Below the pieces are notes generated by a model. That model searched no databases. It saw only the letters and a program-made list of their open reading frames with translations, and was not told the origin of the DNA. From assembly GCA_965221955.1 (NCBI GenBank), contig CBDCTA010000002.1, positions 156,929 to 220,928 on the forward strand: a DNA stretch of 64,000 nucleotides, in the 5' to 3' direction. Positions 18,996 through 28,970 of this stretch are shown here, in pieces (within the stretch, counting starts at the first letter, position 1; each line of letters starts with the position of its first letter). Origin of the DNA: Gammaproteobacteria bacterium. GTDB lineage: Bacteria; Pseudomonadota; Gammaproteobacteria; UBA4575. The position numbers were made by a program, and so were the translations under genes.

Positions 18996-19436
18996 AAATT
19001 TAAGTGTAAGAATTTTAATTATGAGTTCTAGTCATCAGATTAATTAGGCGATCTAATATAAAGCGCAAATAAAGTGTGCAATTGAAGTCATCTGTATTAC
19101 CAGAATACTGTATCCGATATAGCTGCTATAAATGTAATTGATAAATACAGTATTTATTAATTTCATAAGTACTTGTTATGAAGCTTTGAAAGTTTGAGTA
19201 GTAGTAACAAAAGTTGAGTGTTCAACAGCAGTAATTAGCTATAACAGTCATATTTTATAGAGCAAATTAAGAATACATATGAAGAGTGGTTGGGAGCTTT
19301 ATGAAGCGAATATATGTTTTTACTGCATTACCCTCTGTCACGTCATATGCCTCGTTCAGTCAGATTGGGATTCACACACCTTAATATTACTCAATACCAT
19401 ATAGCCAATAATGCTAGAAAATTTAGAGGTTTATTC

Positions 19437-19670
19437 ATGAGTTATTTTGGCGAAAGCACCTTGGAACATAAGGTTCTTAAATATATGGAAGGTATTAGAA
19501 CTTCAAATGATCTTAAGGATTTCGAGATTATTCGAATCATGAATAAAGTGGTTGATTACTACCGTGACAGCCTCGTATATGAATTTAATGAAGAAGAAGC
19601 GAATACTATTTTGCAAGAGGCAAGCGACACCAGTATTCGTGAGCAACAAAAGCATTCCTCAGATAGCTAA
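19437..19670 (+). CDS. Hypothetical protein
   Basis: ATG 19437 preceded by GAGG; 77 aa. Confidence 0.6.
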   Translation: MSYFGESTLEHKVLKYMEGIRTSNDLKDFEIIRIMNKVVDYYRDSLVYEFNEEEANTILQEASDTSIREQQKHSSDS

Positions 19671-19949
19671 TCGAGCACTTATATCTTCATACATACATAA
19701 ATGCTCCTGTACAGAGTTTGTATTTAAGCACAGACTCATCAAAATTCGTTTTAGACAAGATAACCTTATATATATCAGTAGCTTAATCTTCTAGGGCAAT
19801 ACCTAGAAGTATTGCTTAGTGCTTTTAATTTCCTTAAACCATCAGTCTGATACGTACTGTACAGATATTTTTATGATTTTTATTTATTTTGTACATTATG
19901 TGTATAGGTGTATGTCTATACATATTGAATTTCAAAATTATCAAGATGA

Positions 19950-20945
19950 GTGAAAATTATGGATGGTCAGATAAGTAGTTATAAAATTGGAGCCGTTTCA
20001 AGAATCACTGGAATAGGAGCAGAAACGTTGCGCGCTTGGGAGCGTCGTTACAACGCTGTAATTCCATCACGTACAGATTCGGGTGATCGTAATTATTCAC
20101 GCGAAGATGTCGCAAAATTGCTATTGCTTAAATCACTTGTAGATGCAGGTATTTCTATCGGCACGATTGCGAATTTGAATACGGAACAACTTAAGGCGCG
20201 GTTTGAAGCAGACGCGAATATTATAGATGAATTCAATCGCACAAATGCTAAAGAAAGTTCTCCTAATACAAAACCCAGTCACGTTGCATTATTAGGCGAT
20301 AGCATTCCAATTAGAGTACTAGATGGACTTCCAGAAGTATCGGGAATAAAAATTGTTGGTATTTATGACACGCTTGATGATCTAGAAAAAAATATTGAGA
20401 ATTCGACTCAACCAGAAGTGGTCGTGGTTGAAAGACCAACCATCAATCAACATACTCTTGCAGAAATTCAAAAAATTCGTGAAGTAAGTGGTGCTTGGCA
20501 CATTATTCTTATTTATGGATTTAGTTCTCAAGATCATATTGAACGCATTCAATCATCACAAACGACTGTAGTACGTTCTTCAGTTGATGTACAAGAGCTA
20601 GCGCGCTTATGTATCTATCATTCAGGTGGAAGTGAGAAACTTCCAGGTTTAGAAACTGGCTCAACTCTACATTTTGAGCAAACAATACCGGCAAGAATTT
20701 TTAGTAATAAATATTTATCTGAGCTTGCAAAACAATCGAGCACTATCAAGTGCGAATGCCCAAAGCATGTAACAGAATTAGTGCGTAGTTTGGTCGCGTT
20801 TGAAGTATATAGTGCTGAATGTGAAAATGAAAACCGCCAAGATGCAGCCTTACATTCTTACTTGCATGCTACTACGGCACAAGCGCGTTCGATGTTAGAA
20901 GAAGCTTTGATTCACTTAATGCGTGTGGAAGGTATTTCAGTTTAA
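19950..20945 (+). CDS. MerR-family regulator, LitR/CarH-like DNA-binding domain
   Basis: YKIGAVSRITGI..ETLRAWERRY....P.R...G.R.YS; C-terminal CECPxH motif; adjacent to photolyase. Confidence 0.88.
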   Translation: MKIMDGQISSYKIGAVSRITGIGAETLRAWERRYNAVIPSRTDSGDRNYSREDVAKLLLLKSLVDAGISIGTIANLNTEQLKARFEADANIIDEFNRTNAKESSPNTKPSHVALLGDSIPIRVLDGLPEVSGIKIVGIYDTLDDLEKNIENSTQPEVVVVERPTINQHTLAEIQKIREVSGAWHIILIYGFSSQDHIERIQSSQTTVVRSSVDVQELARLCIYHSGGSEKLPGLETGSTLHFEQTIPARIFSNKYLSELAKQSSTIKCECPKHVTELVRSLVAFEVYSAECENENRQDAALHSYLHATTAQARSMLEEALIHLMRVEGISV

Positions 20946-20955
20946 TAAAGTTACA

Positions 20956-22407
20956 TTACTTTATCTTATTATATGCTGCTAAAGCAGCCTCCCGGCTTGT
21001 TTTAAGATCCACGATTGGTTTTGGATAATCTTTGCCTAAGACGATGCCATATTGTTTCAAAATCTTTGTAGAGGTTTCCCACGGAGCATGGATTATATTC
21101 GAGGGTAGCTTATTTAATTCAGGAACCCATTTGCGAATATAAATACCTTCTCTATCAAACTTTTTACTTTGTAATACAGGATTAAAAATTCGGTAATAGG
21201 GTGCGGCATCAGCTCCGCAGCCAGCAATCCACTGCCAACCAAGTGTGTTATTAGCTAAATCTGCATCTACTAATGTGTCCCAAAACCACTGGCTTCCCAT
21301 TTGCCAAGGTATGAGTAAGTTTTTGGTTAAGAATGAGCCTACAACCATGCGTACTCGATTATGCATCCAGCCGGTATGCCAAAGTTCTCTCATGCCCGCA
21401 TCAACTAATGGAATACCGGTTTCACCATTTTGCCAAGCATGTAATTGTTTTGCATAACGCTTGCTCCATGGGAAACGTGAAAATTTATGATTTAACGCTA
21501 CATCCACCGTGTGAGGGAAATGAAATAATAAATGATAAGCAAATTCTCGCCATGCAAGTTCTCTTATATATGAATTTGCCTGAGAAATGAGTTGTTTGTC
21601 ATTATTATGTTTTTGTAGATATTTATGTATAGCATTAACAATTTGTCGGCTACTGATTTCACCAAAATGTAAGAAAGGTGAAACTTTAGAAGTAATTTTT
21701 TCTGCTGGTATATCGCGACCTTCTTCGTAGTGATTTAAACCTGATTTCAAGAATTTCTTAAAATTTTTCTGGGCACCTTGTTCTCCAGGTTGCCAAGTTT
21801 GATAAAAATTTTCATCCCATTTAACAGAGGGTAAAAGTTCTAAAGAGTCAATCTTGAAAATTGGGAAAACGGATTTTATATTTAATTTTTTTGGAAATGT
21901 TTTGATATTTTTTTCTAATTTAAAGTCTAGCCCATTTTTTTGAATCATTTTCCAGTACGGAGTAAATACGCGATAGGGGGTTCCGTCATTTTTTAGAATA
22001 TCCCAGGGCTCGTATAATAGACTAGCATTAAAACTTTTTGCTTTAATACTAGTATTCTTAAGAGAATTTTTTATCTTTTTATCTCTTTCAATGCCATCGG
22101 GCTCATAAATTCGATTCCAAAAAACTTGAGATATACGAAGTTTCTTACATATTTCTAATAAAACCTTTTTGGGTTCGCCCATAATAATCTGTAATTCGGA
22201 GTCTTGTTTGCGCAAATCATTTTGCAAAGCAATTAAACTATGGTGTAACCACCATTTGCTTGCACTGCCCATTGACCATGAAGCTTTTTCTTTGGGGTTA
22301 TGTATGTATAACAATGCTAATTGATCACAACTTGAGACAGCAGCATTTAATGCAGGATTGTCTTTTAAACGTAGATCAGAACGAAACCAAAATAAACCAC
22401 GGTGCAT
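20956..22407 (-). CDS. phrB: Deoxyribodipyrimidine photolyase
   Basis: WFRSDLRLKDNPAL, SPFLHFGEIS, TGIPLVDAGMREL..TGWMHNRVRM and GWQW.AG.G.DAAPY motifs. Confidence 0.96.
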   Translation of the reverse strand: MHRGLFWFRSDLRLKDNPALNAAVSSCDQLALLYIHNPKEKASWSMGSASKWWLHHSLIALQNDLRKQDSELQIIMGEPKKVLLEICKKLRISQVFWNRIYEPDGIERDKKIKNSLKNTSIKAKSFNASLLYEPWDILKNDGTPYRVFTPYWKMIQKNGLDFKLEKNIKTFPKKLNIKSVFPIFKIDSLELLPSVKWDENFYQTWQPGEQGAQKNFKKFLKSGLNHYEEGRDIPAEKITSKVSPFLHFGEISSRQIVNAIHKYLQKHNNDKQLISQANSYIRELAWREFAYHLLFHFPHTVDVALNHKFSRFPWSKRYAKQLHAWQNGETGIPLVDAGMRELWHTGWMHNRVRMVVGSFLTKNLLIPWQMGSQWFWDTLVDADLANNTLGWQWIAGCGADAAPYYRIFNPVLQSKKFDREGIYIRKWVPELNKLPSNIIHAPWETSTKILKQYGIVLGKDYPKPIVDLKTSREAALAAYNKIK

Positions 22408-22484
22408 CGAAGTATTAAATCATGTTTTTTAATATAGGATAAATAGCAGAAATCTAAGTACGACTGGTGTCCAGTACGTGCTAA

Positions 22485-22973
22485 CTAAAGCTTGCTTAAG
22501 GAGCTGCGTAAGGAGGCTGCTGCACTGGTTGCTGTTAGTATGGCAAATCTTGCAATGGTTAGTTTAGGTAGTAACAAACAAGAAACTGCTCCCGCAGCTG
22601 CGCCATAAAAAGCTCGTTTCACTTGTATGCTTTCTATCGGCAGTCCATGTGCATAGCGAACAAAATGCTCACAATTAAAAGTAAATAATTCATAACGAAC
22701 ATCTTTGTCTATGCAAGTTCGCGCACGAGCTAGAACGGCTTGTTTGGGAAGTTTTCCATGGATAAAGCTTTTTTTGATACTTTTATCACCCACTACGACA
22801 TGCCATGGCTCTTCTTCAACTTTTCCAGTTCGATAGGATAGGGAAATCAGCTTGGGTAGATGGTTAGTCTTATCGAGACGATCGCTTACAATAGCAAAAT
22901 GTTTGTACATAGGATAACAAACAGCGATCACTGTGCCTGGAACTAGTTCATAAGGGTTGGAGTCGAAATCCAT
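22485..22973 (-). CDS. LRAT/NC-domain (permuted NlpC/P60) protein
   Basis: YKHFAIV and YELFTFNCEHFV motifs; hydrophobic C-terminal tail. Confidence 0.85.
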   Translation of the reverse strand: MDFDSNPYELVPGTVIAVCYPMYKHFAIVSDRLDKTNHLPKLISLSYRTGKVEEEPWHVVVGDKSIKKSFIHGKLPKQAVLARARTCIDKDVRYELFTFNCEHFVRYAHGLPIESIQVKRAFYGAAAGAVSCLLLPKLTIARFAILTATSAAASLRSSLSKL

Positions 22974-23095
22974 GTTGATAAAGTTTTCTTACTTTTCTCT
23001 AAGACTATGAATGATACATAAAGTTTCGTCAGTTTAGTTAGTATATTTTTTGTAAATGTTATACTCTCGTCAACAATTAATTGGGCCTTAACAAT

Positions 23096-23734
23096 ATGAT
23101 TAAGATTCTAAGCTACTTTTGTTTATTATTTTATATAAGTGCTTGCTCGCAAGCCTATTATGGTGCATTAGAGAAAGTTGGTATTCATAAACGTGACATC
23201 ATGGTGGATCGTGTTGAGGATGCTAAGCAGTCTCAAGAAGAAGCTCGTGATCAATTTCAGTCTGCATTAGAAGAATTTAGCTCAGTTGCTAATTTTCAAG
23301 GTGGTGATTTAGAGGATACGTATAAAAAACTTAACAATGAACTACAGAAAAGCGAAGCAAAAGCAGAGGATGTAAAGAATAGAATCGATAGCGTAGAAGA
23401 TGTATCTATCGCTTTGTTTAAAGAATGGGAACAAGAGTTAGAGCAGTATGAGAACCAAAAATTGCGCAAGCAAAGTGAACAACAGCTTAATGATACAAAA
23501 ATACGATATCAGCAATTAATGGCAGCAATGCGCCTGGCTGAGTCGCGTATTGAACCCGTGTTGAAACCTTTCAGAGACCAAGTGTTGTTTTTAAAACATA
23601 ATTTGAACGCTAAAGCGATTGCATCACTTAGAGGTGAGTTGGTACAAGTGGAGTCCGATACCGATAAATTGATTAAGGAACTAGAAGCGTCAATAGCTGA
23701 AGCAGATCGTTTTATACAAGAAACGGGTATTTAG
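23096..23734 (+). CDS. DUF2959-like coiled-coil lipoprotein
   Basis: Lipobox ISAC; YYGALEKVGIHKRDIMVDRVE and DQVLFLKHNLNAKAI. Confidence 0.85.
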   Translation: MIKILSYFCLLFYISACSQAYYGALEKVGIHKRDIMVDRVEDAKQSQEEARDQFQSALEEFSSVANFQGGDLEDTYKKLNNELQKSEAKAEDVKNRIDSVEDVSIALFKEWEQELEQYENQKLRKQSEQQLNDTKIRYQQLMAAMRLAESRIEPVLKPFRDQVLFLKHNLNAKAIASLRGELVQVESDTDKLIKELEASIAEADRFIQETGI

Positions 23735-23919
23735 CAGTAATTAGAAAAAACATAAATTATTTTTATAACCTAGCTAAGTATTTGGGTTGATACTTATTTA
23801 TCTACTTTCCTTTTATTCCATTATATAGCCCATCCATCTTCAGGGTTTAAATTTATGGTTTAGTCGCTTGATATAGTCCAGACCCATTTCATGTCTATTT
23901 CACACCTGGGGGAACAATT

Positions 23920-24783
23920 GTGAAAGCGACTTGTGCTTTGTTTAAAGCAATTTCAATCAAACTATACTTCTTTTTTGTACTGCAGATATTTCTTAGTACT
24001 GTATCGAGTGCTATTGCGGCTGAAGAGTTGTTTTCAAAAATGATTGAAAATAATAATATTGTGATTGAACAATGTGTAACAGAGGTTAATAGGGTTGCTG
24101 AAGATGAGTTTGATACTGCTACACGCTTGTATCAAACAGGTGTTTGCTATTTTTGTGCTGATTGTGATTTTGAAACGGACAAAGGTGAACTATTCACATC
24201 TTTTGAAGCAAATCAATTAATTTTGCAAGAAAACTATGAAACTGCATATAAGTTAATTTCTCAAGCTGCTGGTTTGGGGTATCCGCAAGCCTATTATGGC
24301 TTAGCAGTATTATTGTATGTGGAAGGACTAAGCAACAAACGTCAAACACATGTAGCCATTATTGAAAATAAAACTAGGCAGCTAAGTAGCACTGCAAAGC
24401 AAGAGAGATTGAAGAAGAAAGAAACTCAGAATTCAATCGAGGAAATTGTCAATCAGATAGCCGAAAAACAAAGTAGTAGAGGTTTTTCATCTGAAATTCA
24501 TAAACATATGTTAGTGGCTGCTAAGCAAGGTTATGTCCCTGCACAGTTTGCACTGAGCGAGATCTACTTTAATGGCATAGGAGTGGTTCCTGATGAGGTG
24601 CAAGCTTATGCATGGGCTGCAACTGCAGTAGCGCAGAATCCGCCTTTTGGTAGTTTGCGGCGAGATGAAAAAGCAGCAAACTTAGATGAAGTTGAGTTAA
24701 GTGAAGCAGATGCAATTGCTGAAGAGTATATGAAAAAACATACTGCTATTTTTGATAGCTCTTCAGTAACTGTTATGCGCTAG
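23920..24783 (+). CDS. Secreted Sel1-repeat protein
   Basis: Signal peptide; AAKQGYVPAQFALSEIYFNGIGVVPDEVQAYAW. Confidence 0.8.
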   Translation: MKATCALFKAISIKLYFFFVLQIFLSTVSSAIAAEELFSKMIENNNIVIEQCVTEVNRVAEDEFDTATRLYQTGVCYFCADCDFETDKGELFTSFEANQLILQENYETAYKLISQAAGLGYPQAYYGLAVLLYVEGLSNKRQTHVAIIENKTRQLSSTAKQERLKKKETQNSIEEIVNQIAEKQSSRGFSSEIHKHMLVAAKQGYVPAQFALSEIYFNGIGVVPDEVQAYAWAATAVAQNPPFGSLRRDEKAANLDEVELSEADAIAEEYMKKHTAIFDSSSVTVMR

Positions 24784-24816
24784 TCGATAAGCGAGAAATT
24801 TCTAAAAAATCGCGTA

Positions 24817-25422
24817 TTAGTATTTTTGAGACAAGTCTGCCTCTTGAAGAGAATTGATTTCGTTTTCAATAATAGTTTTAGAAAATGTTTCGTCGATTTC
24901 TAAAAAAACAATCTGCATAATCTGCATAAAATCTGACTTTTCGCTCACGTTTAATGGTCTATTCAACTTGGACTTATAAAGTTTTGCGATATTTGCAATT
25001 AGCGTTTTTAGACGGTGTAGGGCGTCTTGATTTGTTTCGCCACGAATATTGTCTGTTGTCCAGTTAATGATATCTCTTACGTGCATTAAGTCTGTACGCG
25101 TTCGATCTAAAATTTCAGGTAAATATCCAAGTCCAGAAAATGAGGCTTTAGCTTTTAATAAAGGCACTCCAAACGTTGGTAATGTATGCAAATCATTTAA
25201 AACTTTATTTATGTTTTCAGCAGTACTATCGAGTTGGTCTGCAGTTATTTTGGCTTGAGGAATGTCGAGACTGCTTTTTACAATCGCATGATAGTCTTCA
25301 ATGTAGGTTTCAATTTGCTGTATGAATTCATCAACGATATATCTTTTTTCAGCCAGAATACTGCGTATTGCTTTAGAAGAATATGCGTCTAGAGTATGGT
25401 GTTTTACTTTGTATAGAGGCAT
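24817..25422 (-). CDS. Hypothetical protein
   Basis: 201-aa ORF, no recognised motif. Confidence 0.7.
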   Translation of the reverse strand: MPLYKVKHHTLDAYSSKAIRSILAEKRYIVDEFIQQIETYIEDYHAIVKSSLDIPQAKITADQLDSTAENINKVLNDLHTLPTFGVPLLKAKASFSGLGYLPEILDRTRTDLMHVRDIINWTTDNIRGETNQDALHRLKTLIANIAKLYKSKLNRPLNVSEKSDFMQIMQIVFLEIDETFSKTIIENEINSLQEADLSQKY

Positions 25423-25504
25423 GTGATTAGTATGATATAGCTTATAATTAATATTATAGGTTTTATTTTATATGATTCTATACAAGATAGAACATGTTGC
25501 ATTT

Positions 25505-27394
25505 TTAATTCAGCATTTTGGTGACAATAGCCTGTAGTTTAGCTGCATCTACTAGGTTGGGTGATAACAGCTCACCCGCGGTAATTTTAACCCGTGCCCA
25601 GATTCGACGTGGTAGGGCGCTTAAAGGCTTACCATGACGATTACTGAAAAAGCTCCCCCACATGCCGTCTAAGGCAATCGGTATAACGGGAACAGGTGTT
25701 TCCTTGAGTATACGTTCGATTCCTGGTTTAAAGTCACTTACTTTACCGTCTAAAGTGAGTTTACCTTCAGGAAATATGCCTACTATGTTTCCTTTGCGTA
25801 ATTCTTCAGCAATCTTTTCATAGGCGCGTTCTAATAATTCTGGATTTTCTCTTTTAGGGGCAATGGGGATTGCATTGGCAGTTTTGAAAATGAAACGTAA
25901 AAAAGGAATGTTAAAAATTTTGTGATACATCACGAAGCGAATAGGCCTACGCACACTTCCACCAATAATAAGCGCATCCATCAGACTGACATGATTAGAA
26001 ACAATGATCGCTGCGCCTTCTTCAGGAATATTGTCTAAATTAACTTTTTTAATTCTATATACGAGGTTAACTAAAATCCACGTTATAAAACGCATGAAAA
26101 ACTCAGGTACTAAAGTGTAAATATAGAGTGCGACAACTGCGTTTAAAATTGCTGCAACTAAAAATAATTGAGGTATGTTTAATCCAGCATTGATTAATGT
26201 GATGGCGTAAATGCCAGCAGCAATCATTAATATGGCATTTAAAATATTATTACCCGCAATAACGCGCGAACGTCGTTTGGGATTCGAGCGTGCCTGAATC
26301 AGTGCATATAGAGGGACAATATAGATGCCACCGAATGTGCCCAGTAAAAATATATCTAACACTAGGCGCCAATTTGCACTATTTGATATGAAATCTTTGA
26401 ATCCAATTAATTCAGTAGTTGCTTGTGTCGAAGTTGAAAAAAATAGATCCGCGCCAAATAAAGTAAGACCAATCGATCCAATTGGAACCAGTCCTAATTC
26501 AATAGTGCGGTTAGATAAACGTTCACAAGTAAGTGAACCAACTCCGATTCCTATACAAAACAACGCTAGAAAAAAAGTTACTACTTGTTCATTTGCCCCT
26601 AAGGAGAGACGAGTGAAATTTGGTAGTTGGGTTATGTAAGTTGCCCCAAGGAACCAAAACCAAGATACGCCTAATACAGAGTTAAATACAGTACGGTTTT
26701 CTCTTAATACATTTAAGTTATTAAAAGTTTCTAAAAATATATTCCATTTTATTTTATGATTTGGATCAACTGCAGGGGCAAGAGGAATTTTTAGGCTGCT
26801 AATAAACCCAAATAGTGACAACGTAAGTAGTGTGATAGGTATTAGCATTTTGCTACCAGAGGAAGCGCCTACTAATATCCCGCCCAACATTGTGCCAAGC
26901 AAAATGGCTGCAAATGTGCCCGTTTCAACTAATGCATTACCGCCTACTAATTCATATTTGTTTAGGTGTTGAGGAATAATAGAATATTTAATTGGCCCAA
27001 ATAGAGAGGATTGCATACCCATTAAAAACAGTGCAAATAAAAGTAAAGGGATAATTTGAAAATAAAAACCAACGGTGGCTAACAACATGATGCCAATTTC
27101 AGCTAATTTAATGCGTCTAATTAGAGATGATTTCTCATAACGATCGGCAATTTGTCCTGCCGTGGAAGAGAACAGCAAAAAAGGCGTAATGAAAAGAATT
27201 GCACCGAGATTAATTATAAAACTTGAATTATCTGTGCCTGAGAAACTGCTTTGAAAAGCAATGGTAATGAATAATGCATTTTTGAATACATTGTCATTAA
27301 ATGCGCCAAAGAACTGGGTGAGAAAGAAAGGGCGGAAGCGCCTTTCTTGGAGTAACTGAAATTGATTATGTGTGCTTTCGGGTTTATTAGGCAC
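25505..27394 (-). CDS. MFS lysophospholipid transporter fused to a PlsC-type acyltransferase (LplT/Aas-like)
   Basis: FLTQFFGAFNDNVFKNAL, FGPIKYSIIPQ, NHVSLMD (HxxxxD) and IFPEG motifs. Confidence 0.92.
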   Translation of the reverse strand: MPNKPESTHNQFQLLQERRFRPFFLTQFFGAFNDNVFKNALFITIAFQSSFSGTDNSSFIINLGAILFITPFLLFSSTAGQIADRYEKSSLIRRIKLAEIGIMLLATVGFYFQIIPLLLFALFLMGMQSSLFGPIKYSIIPQHLNKYELVGGNALVETGTFAAILLGTMLGGILVGASSGSKMLIPITLLTLSLFGFISSLKIPLAPAVDPNHKIKWNIFLETFNNLNVLRENRTVFNSVLGVSWFWFLGATYITQLPNFTRLSLGANEQVVTFFLALFCIGIGVGSLTCERLSNRTIELGLVPIGSIGLTLFGADLFFSTSTQATTELIGFKDFISNSANWRLVLDIFLLGTFGGIYIVPLYALIQARSNPKRRSRVIAGNNILNAILMIAAGIYAITLINAGLNIPQLFLVAAILNAVVALYIYTLVPEFFMRFITWILVNLVYRIKKVNLDNIPEEGAAIIVSNHVSLMDALIIGGSVRRPIRFVMYHKIFNIPFLRFIFKTANAIPIAPKRENPELLERAYEKIAEELRKGNIVGIFPEGKLTLDGKVSDFKPGIERILKETPVPVIPIALDGMWGSFFSNRHGKPLSALPRRIWARVKITAGELLSPNLVDAAKLQAIVTKMLN

Positions 27395-27397
27395 TAT

Positions 27398-27826
27398 TTA
27401 ATGACAACATGCTTGGCCAAACTTTTTTAGACGCCAATAATTATAAGGCCAAGGGGTTAAAAACCCCACTAAAAGCATAATTGGAATGACCCACCAGACT
27501 AATTTCGCACCTCCGGTTAAAAAGTAGTCAGCAATATTCATTGCAACCTCCATGGAGATCATAGAAATAAAACTCATGCCCAAAGCCGTTGTAAGTGCTC
27601 TGTTAAATTGCATCCCTTTATGACTAAGTATAAAAGTCTCAAGTAATATGCTTGTGATGAGGCCATTAATGATCGCTAATGTAAAGATATAGAGAGTCGG
27701 TAAACTAAATTTTGTGAATTGAAAAAATGCTATAGTAGAAAAGTCGCCAATTGAACATCCGATTAAACACCACATGGTGTTATATGCACTTTCTTTCCAA
27801 ATTTTTAAATTATTCCAAAAAGCCAT
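27398..27826 (-). CDS. DUF4396-like membrane protein
   Basis: NTMWCLIGCSIGD, SMISMEVAMN and PWPYNYWRLKK.G..CH motifs. Confidence 0.8.
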   Translation of the reverse strand: MAFWNNLKIWKESAYNTMWCLIGCSIGDFSTIAFFQFTKFSLPTLYIFTLAIINGLITSILLETFILSHKGMQFNRALTTALGMSFISMISMEVAMNIADYFLTGGAKLVWWVIPIMLLVGFLTPWPYNYWRLKKFGQACCH

Positions 27827-27863
27827 TACTTGAATGAAACTAACTTAATAGTATTCAGACAAT

Positions 27864-27896
27864 AAAAAAAGCGTGACAAAAAATTTGCCACGCTTT
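27864..27896 (-). terminator. Rho-independent terminator after the ferredoxin gene
   Basis: AAAAAAAGCGTGACAAA-AAA-TTTGCCACGCTTT on + strand (T-run on - strand). Confidence 0.7.
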
Positions 27897-27914
27897 GTAA
27901 ATATGAAATCTAAC

Positions 27915-28247
27915 TTAAGATTTATAATCAGGATTAACAGGGCCTTGCTCAAAATCCACTTCAACTTCTAGGTCGGTCTTTAAGCGTGATTGACAGGCTA
28001 GAATAAAATTTTCTTTCAGCATATCGCCATCTAATGTGTATGCAAAATCAGTTAATTCTTTAACTTTGCCGCTGATTAACTTAGCGCGACATGACCCACA
28101 AGAACCCACTTTGCAATCACACGGCCATTCAATGCCAGCATTTTTTGCAGCTTGTAAAAGGTTAATACCGCCTTTAACTTCAAAAGTCTGACCTGTATTT
28201 TTAATGGTTACTTTGAAGTCTTTATTTTTCCCACCTAATCCAAACAT
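27915..28247 (-). CDS. Stand-alone plant-type 2Fe-2S ferredoxin
   Basis: CKVGSCGSC...LACQ; AGGAG RBS. Confidence 0.92.
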   Translation of the reverse strand: MFGLGGKNKDFKVTIKNTGQTFEVKGGINLLQAAKNAGIEWPCDCKVGSCGSCRAKLISGKVKELTDFAYTLDGDMLKENFILACQSRLKTDLEVEVDFEQGPVNPDYKS

Positions 28248-28970
28248 GTTGCGTTCTCCTGTAGTAGGTTATGGGCAGCTTTTGTTAAGTAGGCTGCGTT
28301 CAATATCAAGTTCGAATCATAACGCTTTCAAGCATTAAGTCGAATATTTTTAGCATAAAATGTTTTATTATATACAACAAAACACCCAATAATGAATGCT
28401 TGGGTATATATCTAGTGATAGGTTTTTGTGTTTTTAGACTGAAATCTGGTCGATCTATATATTCATACAAAAGCTAGTTGAGAAACTGATGTTGATCATT
28501 AGAAATGAATCCCATTCAAATGTATCAGAAATTCATATTTTGTAAGACCTGTTTTGAGCTAAGTACATATGCATATTTTTGAAATTCATTATAAGACTCT
28601 ACTTAAGAACAATTTTGACAGCATAGTGACTAGCTGAAATTTAGTGCAGACTGGTCATTCAAATATGTGAAATTTGCCAAATTTTTGGACAGAACTGGAC
28701 AATCGCTATTTTTAATATAACGTATTGTTTATAAGTGAATTGTTCTTGGTTAGGACAAATCATCGAATTCATCAAGTGCACAGTTAGCACTCTAAATGCT
28801 TCACTGGTTCTACTCGGTCACTGTTTTTATTTTCTAAATCGCTAAAATTTTACTTTGAATCAATACATTGGAGTTGGAGTAAAAGGACTTAATCCTGATA
28901 GATTGGTTTGTCTAAGAGTAAATTAGTGTGCTCGTAGGCTCCGTCTCTACGCATAGTTCTGTGAATCATC

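Noticed and set aside
14472-25500. tRNA-anchored genomic island
   Set aside because: Gene content looks accessory, but I found no integrase and no distal attR copy of the tRNA 3' end.
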